From contig OX597818.1 in NCBI GenBank assembly GCA_951406725.2, positions 35,092,001 to 35,156,000 of the forward strand: a DNA stretch of 64,000 nt. Direction: 5' to 3'. The notes under the pieces are model-generated. The model saw only the letters and a program-made list of their open reading frames with translations, had not been told where the DNA came from and did not search any database. Positions 1 to 11,844 of the stretch are shown in pieces. Within the stretch, counting starts at the first letter, position 1, and the number at the start of each line of letters is the position of its first letter. Source of the stretch: Octopus vulgaris (lineage: Eukaryota). Both the position numbers and the translations under genes were made by a program.

Positions 1-451
1 ATGTTGAGACATGTGTCTCATTGGTTCAGATATTGCAATGGACTGGTGCCCTATCCTTGGGGGAATATATACACTACAGAATCCAGGAAACTAGTCCTAT
101 AAATGTATTGTTCTAGTAGGACCTTTGACCCCTTGATTATCTGATGTGTCCTTATGTCTGCATATACTGTATAAAACTATGCATCAAGTTGTATACTTCG
201 AAGACAAAAATTAATCTAACCATTCTATAAAGATTGATAATATAATTACAAAAACTTAAATAAATACGAGGTTTGATATTATTTGCTAAAAAGTCCTTCA
301 AGATGATGAACTTCATGGCTATTACTGAATGAGTGAAACTAGTAAAAGAATTAAAAAATATCTAAATCAGTGCCTGTTTGCAACAAAAATCAGTATCTGT
401 TAGCAGATTATGCATTTTCATAAGGGACCACAGCTGAATAAATGAGCCTTG

Positions 452-866
452 TATATATATATATATATATATAAAGCTGAAGTTGTCTGTGTGTGTGTGT
501 GTGTGGCAGGTTTGGTAGCCTTCAACTAACACAATCTCCTCCGAGACCCTGAGGTGCAAGTTGACCAAAATTGAGAGTATGATAGAAGAATGCTTGCTCT
601 TCATTCTGTAGAAGAAAAAATTTAAATCGGACCATGTTAAGACCAAAAATTATTTACATCAAAAAGGTGCTTTTTTTCTATGAAAATCCCTATTTTTTAC
701 GATTTTTTGACTTCTGTGTCGCCATTTTTCGGTGTATTTCAACCAGAAAAATGTTTACTTGAAGAGAATAACAAGCTACATAATGCAAAATTTTTACTTT
801 TTAAAAATTCCAGTTCTAAAGGGTCGAAAAGAAAACAAACCCGAGCAACGCTGGCTATACTGCTAG
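452..866 (+). mobile_element. Non-autonomous Helitron-like element, copy 1
   Basis: Starts TATATAAAGCTGAAG with a short microsatellite. Ends in a GC-rich subterminal hairpin and CTAG|T. No TSD. Highly similar to 11207-11602. Confidence 0.7.
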
Positions 867-2194
867 TGATATGATATAATGAAATGAACTTATTGTATAC
901 AGTGCTCCGGTACATTACAACTCATTAGAAAACTTAGCCAAAACTGTATGAACAGTACATAGAATGAAGGCGTTTTTTATGTGGTCGTTTAAACAGCATA
1001 TAGCAACCAAACTTTCTCTTGAATCACACTAAATGTAGTCCTAGATATAATATATTGGGGGTGGGGATAGAAAAATCAGGATTATCTTATCTTGAATGGT
1101 TTTGAGCAACAGCTGTAGTAGCAACAGCAACAACAACAACAACAACACAACAAATACATATTTTATCAACCCCCAAAAAAGTGAAGGGCGAAGTTAAACA
1201 TCAAATCTACACATGACCCACTACATAAAGGGACGTAACTATGCTGTTCAAGCATAAGGCTCTGAGTATTGTTGATATGAAAATGGAAAGCTGTTTAAAT
1301 AACTTCTTCCTTACATGTTTCAAGCTTTACATATTTGTGTTTGCATAAGATTTTATACAGAGTTTTTTAAGTTTTGGTTATAGCCTATGGCTACCAATTT
1401 AATACCTATCCACAAACAAGACAAAGTATTTAGTTCTGATTAAGATTAAGATATAAGATAAAAAGAAGCAAGCAGCTTATTTAAATCTGCTTCATTCTTT
1501 CTCTTACTCCCTTCACAAGCACTCACACAACACATGCAACACACATTTACATATCTACTTATATGCTTATATATCTAAGTATGTTTATTAGAAAACTAGA
1601 GTGTGATGTGAAGGAGATTTAATACTCATACATGAATATCATTATGCCTTTTATGTCTTTTTCACATATAACATGAGTTGGATGAAATTTCTCAAGGCAG
1701 TATTCTCGGGTCACTTGCTCTTTTTGACACCAACACTTACTTGTTTTTAAGTAAAATTGTATTCCTAATCTTTGCTTATCAAAATGCTGAAAGAGACATT
1801 TTGTTAATGGGGATATAAGTAACATCTTTAATGCCATAGCACTGTCAATGTGAAGATACTGGCATATATACACACACAAGAGATGATCTTCCATACAACT
1901 TTTATCTACCCAAAATTTCCCTTTTAAGGTATTGGTTAACCTAAGGCTTTCATAAAAGACATTTGACCAACATACAATATTAAGGGATTCAACTTGAAAC
2001 GATATGGTTGCAAAGCAAACCTCTTGAGAAAACAAGTTCTTGCCAATAGAGAAAGAACTGGTTTTTAACCTAGATCCAAGGGTCCTTCCTTGGAATTTCA
2101 ACATCAACAACAGTATGTATGTATGTATGTATGTATGTATGTAGGTGCAGTATTTGTATGTTTTATGTATGTATTCTCATGCATATAGTTACAT

Positions 2195-2680
2195 AAAATA
2201 ATAGTAATGAAATTATTGTATACAGTGCTCAGGTGCACCACAACTTGTCAGAGTATATGCAGTAATGTACAAATGTCTGGAAAGCGAACAATGCATGAGT
2301 CAGATACATGCTTGTGTGTGTATGGAGGGGAGAAAATCAGGTGTAGTGTTGGCGAATCTCAGAAAGCATGGAAGTTTTGAAGGATGCAGTGCTCCGACAA
2401 CTAACAACTGATGCCGGCAGTTTGTTCCATGCTTCAGCAACTCTCAGCGTGAAAAAATGTTTCCTGAAGTCATGAGAGCTGTGCTGTTTTCTGACTTTGT
2501 AAATATGTCCATGGGTGTTAGATAGGTGGAGTTTGAAAAGGTGCTCAGAGTTATTGTTTGTACGATGGTTGATAATTTTATGGGTGTCTGTCAAGTCAGC
2601 TGCCAGACATCGGAGTTTCAATGTGTCCATGCTCAGGGAAGTAAGGCGTTCAGGATATGGCAAATGCCTGATGGAGGGTG
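2195..2680 (-). mobile_element. CR1/L2-group LINE 3' fragment
   Basis: ORF 2337-2663 reads YPERLTSLSMDTLKLR...HFFTLRVAEAWNKLP, a typical CR1-group ORF2 C-terminus. A related 3' UTR piece lies at about 875-975. Confidence 0.85.
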
Positions 2681-2774
2681 CTTGTATGTATGTATGTATA
2701 TATATATAATATGTGTGTGTGTGTGTGTGTATGTATGTGTGTACCTGTATATGTGTGTGATATATATATATATA

Positions 2775-3108
2775 TGATTGGCAACCGTTAGTCTTGAAAG
2801 ATTATGGATCTACGCCTAGGATTGGATTAGTGTTGCAGCATCACTTGTGACTGACAGTCGTGGCTGCAGATGTGGTTGGTTGTTTGTTGGTGGTTTGGTC
2901 TTCCTGCATCTCCATCTGCAGGAACGGTCTTTTGCCATGTTCTCCCTGGTTTTGGTATTCATACTCATGGCCTTCATGTCATGTTTGTACACATCCTTGA
3001 AAAGGAGATGTGGTCATCCGCAAGCATGTCTGCCAGAGGCTAGCTCATACAGTATATCTTTCGGTAACCTCCCATCAGGCATCTGGTGCATGTGTCCCAG
3101 CCAGCGGA
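2775..3108 (-). mobile_element. RTE-clade LINE 3' fragment
   Basis: Minus strand translates RWLGHMHQMPDGRLPKDILYELASG...FKDVYKHDMKAM. Confidence 0.8.
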
Positions 3109-3149
3109 TATATATATATATATATAGATAGATAGATATAGATATATAT

Positions 3150-3578
3150 CATATGAGTGTGATCGTTGCCAGAGCAACAAGCTGGCCTCCGTGCCGATGG
3201 CACGTAAAAAGCACCATTCGAGCATGTTTGTTACCTGTGTTGCCTTACTGGCACTTGTACTGGTGGCATGTGAAAAAAATATTCGAGCGAGGTCGTTGCC
3301 AGTGCCGCTGGACTGGCTCCTGTGCAGGTGGCACATAAAAAGCACCATTTGAGCATGGCCGCTGCCAGTACTACCCGACTGGCCCTCGTGCCGGTGGCAT
3401 GTAAAAGCACCCACTACACTCTCGAAGTGGTTGGCATTAGGAAGGGCATCCAGCTGTAGAAACTCTGCCAGATCAGATTGGACTCTGGTGCAGCCATCTG
3501 GTTTGCCAGACCTCAGTCAAATCATCCAACCCATGCTAGCATGGAAAGCGGATGTTAAACGATGATGAAGATGATGAT
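3150..3578 (+). mobile_element. SINE-like family D (internal GTGCCGGTGGCACGTAAAAAGCACC repeats, GAT tail)
   Basis: Shared core GGAAGGGCATCCAGCTGTAGAAAC and (GAT)n tail, with about 10 copies in the window. Confidence 0.75.
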
Positions 3579-3653
3579 GTATGTGTATACATTTAAATGT
3601 TACATTCAGCCAATGAACCAGGAAGAGAATACTCAATACTTCATTTGGAATAC

Positions 3654-4057
3654 CTTTTACTCTTTTATTCTTTTACTTGTTTCAGTCATTTGACTGTGGC
3701 CATGCTGGAGCACCACCTTTAGTCGAGCAAATCGATCCTGGGACTTATTCTTTGTAAGCCCAGTACTTATTCTATCAGTCTCTTTTGCCGAACCGCTAAG
3801 TGACGGGGATGTAAACACACCAGCATCAGTTGTCAGGCAATGCTAGGGGGACAAACACAAACACACACACACATATATATATATACATATATACGACAGG
3901 CTTCTTTCAGTTTCCGTCTACCAAATCCACTCACAAGGCATTGGTCGGCCCGTGGCTATAGCAGAAGACACTTGCCCAAGATTCCACGCAGTGGGACTGA
4001 ACCCGGAACCATGTGGTTGGTTAGCAAGCTACTTACCACACAGCCACTCCTGCGCCT
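3654..4057 (-). mobile_element. tRNA-derived SINE family A, full length
   Basis: A box TGGCTGTGTGGT, B box GGTTCAGTCCC, CORE-like CTTGGGCAAGT, internal microsatellite, (GTAAAAGA)n tail. More than 20 copies in the window. Confidence 0.85.
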
Positions 4058-4502
4058 ATATTGTTTATTTTGAATGAATTTTTTTTCTCATGACCCAAAT
4101 TTCCCACCCCTGAGGACTGCTTTCTTTCAGTATTTCAGGTTGGTTTTTATAAACATTGAAAGAAGTTCATTCTTTTGCCATGGCTGTCATTTTCATCCTT
4201 GGTTTCTAGTATTGTTTTATTAAGGAATCGTCTATGGTTATCACGATTTCATTAGTGTTGTTCTACTTGTCATTGGTTGGCTTTGCTGCTGTTTTATGTC
4301 ATTTCCAAGATCTGAGATCCAAACTTGTTTCTCTAAAATTTCTCATCTGTATAGTACCCTCTTATAGCTAATTCATAGTTGTTCTGTCTCTGCTTATCGA
4401 TTGTATCTCATTTTGCTAAAAGGTGTCTTGTTTTGCTAGATGAGATGGGTGCATGGTTTCTAATGAAATTCTAATATGCAAAAATAATTATTAGGCCAAA
4501 CC

Positions 4503-4558
4503 CCTTTTTCTGTCAATGAAGAGATAAAACCCTTTTTCTGTCAATGAAGAGATAAAAC
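4503..4558. repeat. 28-bp perfect tandem duplication
   Basis: CCTTTTTCTGTCAATGAAGAGATAAAAC x2. Confidence 0.9.
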
Positions 4559-4640
4559 ACGTTTGATTACACATCACAGTTATGGTTCACACTCTTGTTT
4601 ATCATAAGGTGTACCGTACTTCATATTTCAAATTATCATA

Positions 4641-5035
4641 AGATGGTGAACTGGCAGAATCGTTAGCACGCCGGGCAAAATGCTTAGCGGTATTTCGTCT
4701 GCTGCTACGTTCTGAGTTCAAATTCCGCTGAAGTCGGCTTTGCTTTTCATCCTTTCGGGGTCGATTAAATAAGTACCAGTTACGCACCAGGGTCGATATA
4801 ATCGACTTAATCTGTTTGTCTGTCCTTGTTTGTCCTCTCTGTGTTTAGCCCCTTGAGGGTAGTAAAGAAATAGGTATTTCACTTGTTGCTACATTCAGAG
4901 TTCAAATTCCATCAAGGTTGACTTTACCTTTTATCATTTCTGGGTCAATGAATTAAGTACCAGTGAAACACTGGGGGCAATGTAATTGACTAGTCCCCTC
5001 CCACAAAATTTCAGGCCTTGTGCCTTTAGTAGAAA
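4641..5035 (+). mobile_element. tRNA-derived SINE family B, dimeric copy
   Basis: TGGCAGAATCG A box, GAGTTCAAATTCC B box, central GC(C/T)TTTCATCCTTTCGGGGTCGAT domain. A second partial unit follows from about 4873. Confidence 0.8.
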
Positions 5036-5399
5036 AAAATATTCCAAATTATCTAACATACACTGTTTAGTGCATCACTAACTAATTGTGCATCGTTAAC
5101 TAATTAATTATTTGTTCAACAAAAGCATTGTTATGCAAATTGGACTAACTGGTTTAGCAAAGTCCAAATATATAGTAACTATATATAGTTGTAATCAATA
5201 TTTCTCTCAGTGAATAAAGGAGGTATGGGGTCTCTAACGAGATTATATATTAATGTTTGCTTTGCTTTCTGTTTCACATCTAACTAGCAGCTTGGAGGAC
5301 CAGAACTGTATTTTACAGATTTTAACTGTGCTGTATTCACTGACAGGCAGTATGAGCTGCTTGTTTACAAACACCTATTTCTGTCATCATTATAAGTCT

Positions 5400-5849
5400 T
5401 TAACCCTTTCGTTACCGTATTTATTTTGAGATGCTCTGGGTTTCTTTCAATTACATTAAATATAACAAACACGGATGTAGCACGGATTTTTGTCAGTGAA
5501 CAGGTCGCGGTCTTAAAGCGCCGAAAATATTTTGACAAATTAAACTTAAATGTTGAAGTGAATCGAATGGCTTTTGTGTATTTCTTAAATGGCTTACAAA
5601 CACCTTCCACGCTGCAATTGTTTTCGTTTCAGCACACGATCTCTGATCAAATCACTTGCTATGCAAGTACATCTCCGTAAAATATGACAAAGAATTTAGT
5701 AAAATAACTTAGTTATCATTCAACTAGTGTTAGGAACATAAATTGTGACTAAGGTTTGGTGGAAGATTTTAATTCAAAACTTATGAAAACAAGACATTTG
5801 TACTCAAAGCAAGAGCTGGTATCAGTTGGGTTGGCAATGAAAGGGTTAA
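5400..5849. mobile_element. piggyBac-like MITE carrying a 210-bp insertion
   Basis: TTAA|CCCTTTCGTTACC...GCAATGAAAGGG|TTAA. Same family as 18588-18799, 26496-26714 and 55596-55821. Confidence 0.75.
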
Positions 5850-6390
5850 AGTGGTCATATCTGGCTAAAATATTCTGTCTGTTTTATGTTCAAACTCACC
5901 AGATACATCTCACACCGGGTCAACAATGTCATTCTAAAAACAAACAAAGGCATCATCAAAATCTCAAAACTACAGCAGAATGCATAAATAATTCAAGACA
6001 ATGTAAATAATTAAGCATTGGATTTGACAGAGAAATCTGAATGCTAAAAGGTTAATGTTCTCACTGGTGTAGTGAAAGAGTTTACTTCATTGCTTTCAGA
6101 GTCCACATTATGTGTCAGGGAGCGAGGTCTAACCGTTTGGCATGGCTGACATTGATGATGTTGATGTGAAAAATCATGGATATCACACAGTTACATCACC
6201 TTCATGAATCCAAAATTAGCAAGAAATTAGGTGCAGGCATGACTGTGTGGTAAGAAGCTTGCTTCTCAACCACATGGTTCTGGGTTCAGTTCCACTGTCT
6301 GACACCTTGGGCAAGTGTCTCGCACTATAGCTTTGGGTTGACCAAAGCCACATGAGTAGATTTGGTAGATGGAAACTGAATGAAGCCCAT

Positions 6391-6423
<33 letters not shown>

Positions 6424-6426
<3 letters not shown>

Positions 6427-6745
6427 AAGGTGTATGGCTCAGTGGTTAGAGCGTCAAACTTATTACCATCAGGTTGTGAAATCAAATCCTGGACCGGGCT
6501 GCGAGTTGTGTTCTTGAGCAAGACACTTTATTTCACATTGCTCCAGTTCACTCAGCTGTAGAAATGAGATGCGGTGTCACTGGTGCCAAGCTGTATTAGC
6601 CTTTGCCTTTCCCTTGGATAACATCGGCGGCATGGAGAGGGGAGGCTGGTATGCATGGGCAACTGCTGGTCTTCCATAAACAACCTTGCCCGGACTTGTA
6701 ACTCTCTAGGTGCAATCTCACGGTCATTCATGACCAAAGGTCTCC
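6424..6745 (+). mobile_element. tRNA-derived SINE family C2 nested in a family A copy (6231-6856)
   Basis: TGGCTCAGTGG A box. Homologous to 27410-27757 (-). Family A head upstream and tail downstream. Confidence 0.75.
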
Positions 6746-7457
6746 GCAATATATATATATATATATATAAAGTCCTCTGGTCAATTTGTTTGACTAAAAC
6801 CCTTCAAGGCAGTGCCCCAGCATGGCTGTGGTCAACTGACTGAAATGAATAAAAGATTTCCTATTTCTTTCTGGTATTTGTTTGCTAAGATGATTAACTC
6901 TTTCACAATACCTAATATTTATGGTACCATAAGTGTTAAATATGATGATATGATTATATAAATATAATGACTTGAATCTCTGAAAAACATAACCGCATAT
7001 ATTTATACATATGTCTGCATATGTATGTAGTTGTTTCCAGCCCTAGGCCAGCTCTAATGAAGCAAACCTATATTGATAGACATTCCACCCATAACCACCT
7101 CATCTTTTGGTTAAAAGATATTTTGGTGTGAGATGATACATCCTAGTAGAGTTGTCTTACACATTCTTACACATCTAAAATGCACATACAATTCCTTGTT
7201 TTCAAAATATATTTTTGCTTTTTTTCATATACATTTTAAAACACAGTTAACTGTATGAAGTTTGTTTATCATACTTCTACAACCCTAATCACTGTCAAAT
7301 TCCTCAATGACAGAACACTGAAGTAGAGTAAATTTTTGAAAATGGTTACTTTGTATTTATTATTTTGTAAGAAAAATATTTAATGCATTTCAAAAACATA
7401 TAACACAGAAATTATTAAAGTAGGTGTGGCTCTTGTTTAGTAACAAAAGTGATAGGA

Positions 7458-7458
<1 letters not shown>

Positions 7459-7505
<47 letters not shown>
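7459..7505. repeat. (GA)n microsatellite
   Basis: Read directly. Confidence 0.95.
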
Positions 7506-7510
<5 letters not shown>

Positions 7511-7861
7511 ACGGGTGGGAAAGAAAGAAAATGGACAAAAATCATTTGAATTCTTAGGTGATCTGTAAAGAAGCCAAATTCAAAATACATCTTCAGTTCC
7601 TAGTGATTCTGTATTTTTGTTCATTATAGGTTAGGTGGATGTGTATGGGTTGTGGATAGGGTGTTGGACTCATGATTATAAGATTGTGGCTTTGATCCTT
7701 GGCCCAGGCGATGTGTCGTGTTCTTGAGCAAAACACTTCATTTCACGTTGTTCCAGTCCACTCAGCGGGTAAAAATGAGGAATCCTGCAACAGGATACTG
7801 TCCAAAGAGGAATACATACACCAGAGGAAATGGGAAATTGGCCAATGTAGACTAACCCATA

Positions 7862-8185
7862 CATCATCATCGTTTAACGTCCGTTTTCCATGCTAGCATG
7901 GGTTGGACGGTTCGACCAGGCTCTGGGAAGCCAGGAGGCTGCATGGGGCTCCAGTCTGATCTGGCAGTGTTTCTACAGCTGGATGCCCTTCCTAACGTCA
8001 ACCACTCCATGAGTGTAGTGGGTGCTTTTTACGTGCCACCGGCACAGGTGCCAGGGGAGGCTGGCAATGGCCACGATTGGTTGGTGCTTTTTACATGCCA
8101 CCGGCATGGAAGCCAGTCAAGGCGGCACTGGCTTCGGCCATATATGGATGGTGCATTTTACGTGCCACCGGCACAGGTATCACAA
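7862..8185 (-). mobile_element. SINE-like family D
   Basis: Reverse complement of the 3150-3578 family. Confidence 0.75.
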
Positions 8186-8263
8186 CTACAATTGGAATTG
8201 TGGTAGGGAGCTGTGCACACAATTTTTGACTGATGTGTTGTAATACATGACAAAACCAGATAT

Positions 8264-8617
8264 TGTTCTATATTTAAGAGATGAGGAATTATGCACATTA
8301 TTTACAATTGACGGATATTTGTCCTCATCTTGTTTGTTGTTAACACAATGTTTCGGCTGATATACCCTCCAGTCCACAGGCATATGGCATAGTGGTTAAG
8401 AGCACAGGCTACAAACCCCAAGATTCCAAGTTTGATTCCAGGCAGAGACCTGAATAATAATAATAATAATAACAACATTGAAAAATACCTTAGGAACGAG
8501 AACCCAGGTTCGAAATTTCCCCAAGACACCTGAAGAAGGCTAGAGGGTAAATCAGCTGAAACGTTGTGTTAACAACAAACAAGATGATGACAAATATCTG
8601 TCAATTGTAAATAATGT
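8264..8617 (+). mobile_element. Penelope-like element, short copy (inverted 5' arm, tRNA-like cassette, hammerhead)
   Basis: Collinear with both ends of 51914-52932. 12-bp TSD AAAACCAGATAT at 8252-8263 and 8618-8629. Confidence 0.8.
8525..8570 (+). ncRNA. Minimal type I hammerhead ribozyme motif (PLE)
   Basis: GACAC-CTGAAGA-AGGCTAG...TCAGCT-GAAA-CGTT-GTGTT. Confidence 0.6.
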
Positions 8618-8934
8618 AAAACCAGATATGTTTTGGTATTATTAGACCTTATCAGTGAAGCTTAGTCTAAATGTGACTGCAAGAGCTAAGAACATATAGA
8701 GAGGTATATTTTTCCAGGTGCCTAAGTAGCATTGTAACTTGAAAGTAGCCAAAGGACACACAACACAAGAAAACAGCTTGTGCTTCTTCATGTGCAAATG
8801 TTGTATGTAATCATATGAAATAATCCCTTTCTGTGTCCTTACAGAGTTTTTCAATTGGGAAAAAAGAAAAATAATTCATTTACATAGTTTTATGCAATTA
8901 CATTTTGAGAAGTTATTTTAACTTTATCAATATA

Positions 8935-9315
8935 GACACAGGAGTGGCTGTGTGGTAAGTAGCTTGCTCACCAACCACATGGTTCCGAGTTCAGTCCCAA
9001 TGCGTGGCACCTTGGGCAAGTGTTTTCGACTATAACCTCGGGCCGGATTTAGTAGATGGAAACTGAAAGAAGCTCGTCATCTATATATATGTATATGTTT
9101 GTGTGTCTGTGTTGGTTCCCCCCACCTAACATCACTTGACAACCAATGCTGGTGTGTTTACTTTCCTGTAACTTAGCGGTTCAGCAAAAGAGACTGATAG
9201 AATAAGTACTAGGCTTACAAAGAATAAGCCCTGGGGTCGATTTGCTTGACTAAAGGCAGTGCTCCAGCATGGCTGCAGTCAAATGACTGAAACAAGTAAA
9301 GTAAAAGATTAAAAA
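8935..9315 (+). mobile_element. SINE family A
   Basis: Near full-length, flanked by an approximately 45-50 bp direct repeat. Confidence 0.85.
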
Positions 9316-9681
9316 GTATAGTTTATGCAATTACATTTTGATAAGTTATTTTAACTTTATAAACAATATTTATTTTATGTCGAATAAACTATATTATTTT
9401 ATATAACAAATAAGTATTTCTGGTTGCTACAATATTATAAACTTATTCATTAACTTTTTACCATTGAAATTACTCTGCATATTTATTCACGTTAGTTTGA
9501 ATTAATCTTGAACTTTGAGATTTTGATATGATTGATTATCTTTAGAATGACATTGTAGGCTAAGCGTAAGAGGCCAGGTCTGGCCTGTTTGAATATAAAA
9601 CAGGTAGAATATTTTGGCCAGATATGGTCAGTTTAAATGCTAAATGGTTGAACAAGTACTAACCAGGCTAAATATCCCTTA

Positions 9682-9980
9682 ATTCTGGAGCCAATAGGAT
9701 TGTTGTTTGGGGATGATGGGAAGCGGCCTGATAAATTTGCTTGAAATGTCACTATCAGCAACTAATTTGCTCCATCATACATCCTTAATGCTGTGGTGGA
9801 GGTTACTGCATCCATAGCAGATTGGAATAAGATGCTATGTTTTTCAATCGGTAGCTTTTGAGAAGTTGGCAGGCGCTGGGTTCCTCACAAGTAGGTTTCT
9901 GACTTAGTCAACATATTACCTAACTGACGTACCAGATGATGTCTCAATATCTCAGTCTTGCAATCAGTTGTGATATTGTC
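9682..9980 (+). mobile_element. Fossil of a REL-endonuclease (CRE/NeSL/R2-group) non-LTR retrotransposon C-terminus
   Basis: Frameshifted translation gives ILEPIGLLFGDDGKRPD...FAPSY...FQSVAFEKLAGAG...QYLSLAI. Confidence 0.65.
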
Positions 9981-10052
9981 CTGTTTTGTGGGTGTCCGAA
10001 ATTTTTTTTGAGAGGAACACCAATTTCCCCTAGTGCGATGTAATAAATAATT

Positions 10053-10296
10053 ATAAATGCGCCCTCTTAAAGCCTAGCCAGGCTCATGGACCTGGTTTCC
10101 CGGTTTCAATGGCGTATGTGTTCCCCAGCTGGATGGGAGGCCAGTCCATCGCAGCGTTACTCATTTTTGCCAGCTGAGTGAACTAGAGCAACGTGAAATG
10201 AAGTGTATTGCTCAAGAACACAACGCATCGCCCGGTCCAGGAATCGAAACCACAATCTTACTATCATGATGCTGACACCTTAACCACTAAGCCACC
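10053..10296 (-). mobile_element. tRNA-derived SINE family C (V-SINE-like CTGCGATGGACTGGC block)
   Basis: Reverse complement of the 22989-23505 units. Confidence 0.8.
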
Positions 10297-11206
10297 ATGA
10301 TATGTAATACTGAGGGAGAATGCATTCCTCTATTTTAATGATTTATTAATTTTTTCTCTCGATTATATTAGTGCTTATTGTATAAATTACGTTCGTTTTC
10401 ACTGAATTATTGCAAGTACGTATGTGCATGTCTCTGATACAGTCATGTTCAATACTATGTTTAAGTAAAATTTAACACTGATAAATTGAATGATACATAT
10501 CTACGTGACTACATACTATGTTTACTCAGCAGTTTGGAAAATGACGAGTAGTAAAAAGAACATAAGAGTGCATTAGTAATCCTTTTTGAATACACTTACA
10601 TTCTGATATACTAGAAAGGATAATTTACAAATGAGTCAGCATTAACAGAAATGAAAAGCGAAGTGTGTTGGTGTGCTGTGATAAGGAACAGGTAGCCTTT
10701 AAAATAAGGAATTCAGATGTGGTTGGTGCTCTTGAAATAAAATCCTTGATCTGTCATAACGTAGATGACAGCTTCCCTTTCGTAGGTGATTTAATTAGGT
10801 TTGGAGATGCCTGTAATTAAAAGGGGGAGGGGACAGAAATATTCAGGGAACTTGTTATCTCTTATGATACAGCAAGCATTTTCTAACTACTAACGTATAA
10901 AGTATTTGTAAATGCATTGTAGTGAGATAGGAGTATTGAATGTGAAAAATCTGTGAAAGCAAGACCTGCATCGTTTAGATACTTATGGAAGCACACCAAA
11001 AAAGTTTGCCGCAAGGGACTGCCATTGGGGAACAGGTACATTTCCCAAGGGAAAACTACCAGCTGGGCAAATCATCAATTTCATGTAGTATCAAACGTGT
11101 GACAGTCAGCAGCTTTAAGGAATCTACAGCTGATATGGTAAATACTTTCACTTTCAAGAGGCTGAGAAACGTGCGAGTACAGTATATACCTAAAATTACA
11201 ATAAAA

Positions 11207-11602
11207 TCTCTCTCTATATAAAGCTGAAGTTGGTTGGGTATGGCAGGTTTGGTAGCCTTCAACTAACACTATCTCCTCCGAGACCCTGCGGCGCAAGTTG
11301 ACCAAAATTGAGAGCATGATAGAAGAAGGCTTGCTCTTCCTTCCGTAAAAGAAAAAAAATTCAAATCGGACCATGTTAACACAAAAAATTATTTACATCA
11401 ATAAGGTGCTTTTTTTCTATGAAAAATCCCTATTTTTTACGATTTTTTGACTGCTATGTCGCCATTTTTCGGTGTATTTTCAACCAGGAAAAATGTTTAC
11501 TTAAAGAGAATAGCAAGCTACATAATGCAAAATATTTACTCTTCAAAAATTCCAATTCTAAAGGGTTTAAACAAAACCCGAGCAACACCGGGCGATACTA
11601 CT
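11207..11602 (+). mobile_element. Non-autonomous Helitron-like element, copy 2
   Basis: 5' TC start, collinear with 452-866, CCCGAGCAACACCGGG hairpin, decayed CTAG end. Confidence 0.7.
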
Positions 11603-11808
11603 GAATGACTTGCTATGATGTTCCAAAAAAGTTGTGCTCAACGAGGGGAGAGAACTCTGTTACTGCCCCCTTATTGAAGCTCTCTACTCTCCGTAATCAT
11701 ATGACTGTAAGTATTCCGCCTAGTTACGGTGTAACGTGCTTCAACAGTTCTTGTCAAAGCTGTTGATTGCCACCCTGTACCCTATTTATACCACGCTTTC
11801 ATTCCGTC
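11603..11808 (+). promoter_or_regulatory. Probable TMEM192 promoter / 5' UTR
   Basis: Unique CpG-containing sequence between a Helitron end and the ATG. The TSS cannot be determined from sequence. Confidence 0.4.
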
Positions 11809-11844
11809 ATGGTCAGTTTAGCAGATAACACTGGGAACTCAGGG
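11809..11844 (+). CDS. TMEM192: TMEM192 coding exon 1 (MVSLADNTGNSG)
   Basis: ATG at 11809, 12 codons, strong GGG|GTAAGT donor. Phase 0 matches exon 2. It lies in a CpG-retaining, repeat-poor region. The link across the 29.3-kb intron is inferred. Confidence 0.75.

Noticed and set aside
1619-2110. 163-aa minus-strand ORF
   Set aside because: Non-ATG start and no recognisable domain. Only the 46-nt internal segment has splice signals.
4140-4440. Possible minus-strand retroelement remnant
   Set aside because: Too degenerate to assign any motif.
11701-11750. 5' UTR intron (GTAAGT at about 11706 to CAACAG at about 11747)
   Set aside because: About 40 nt is too short for a typical intron.
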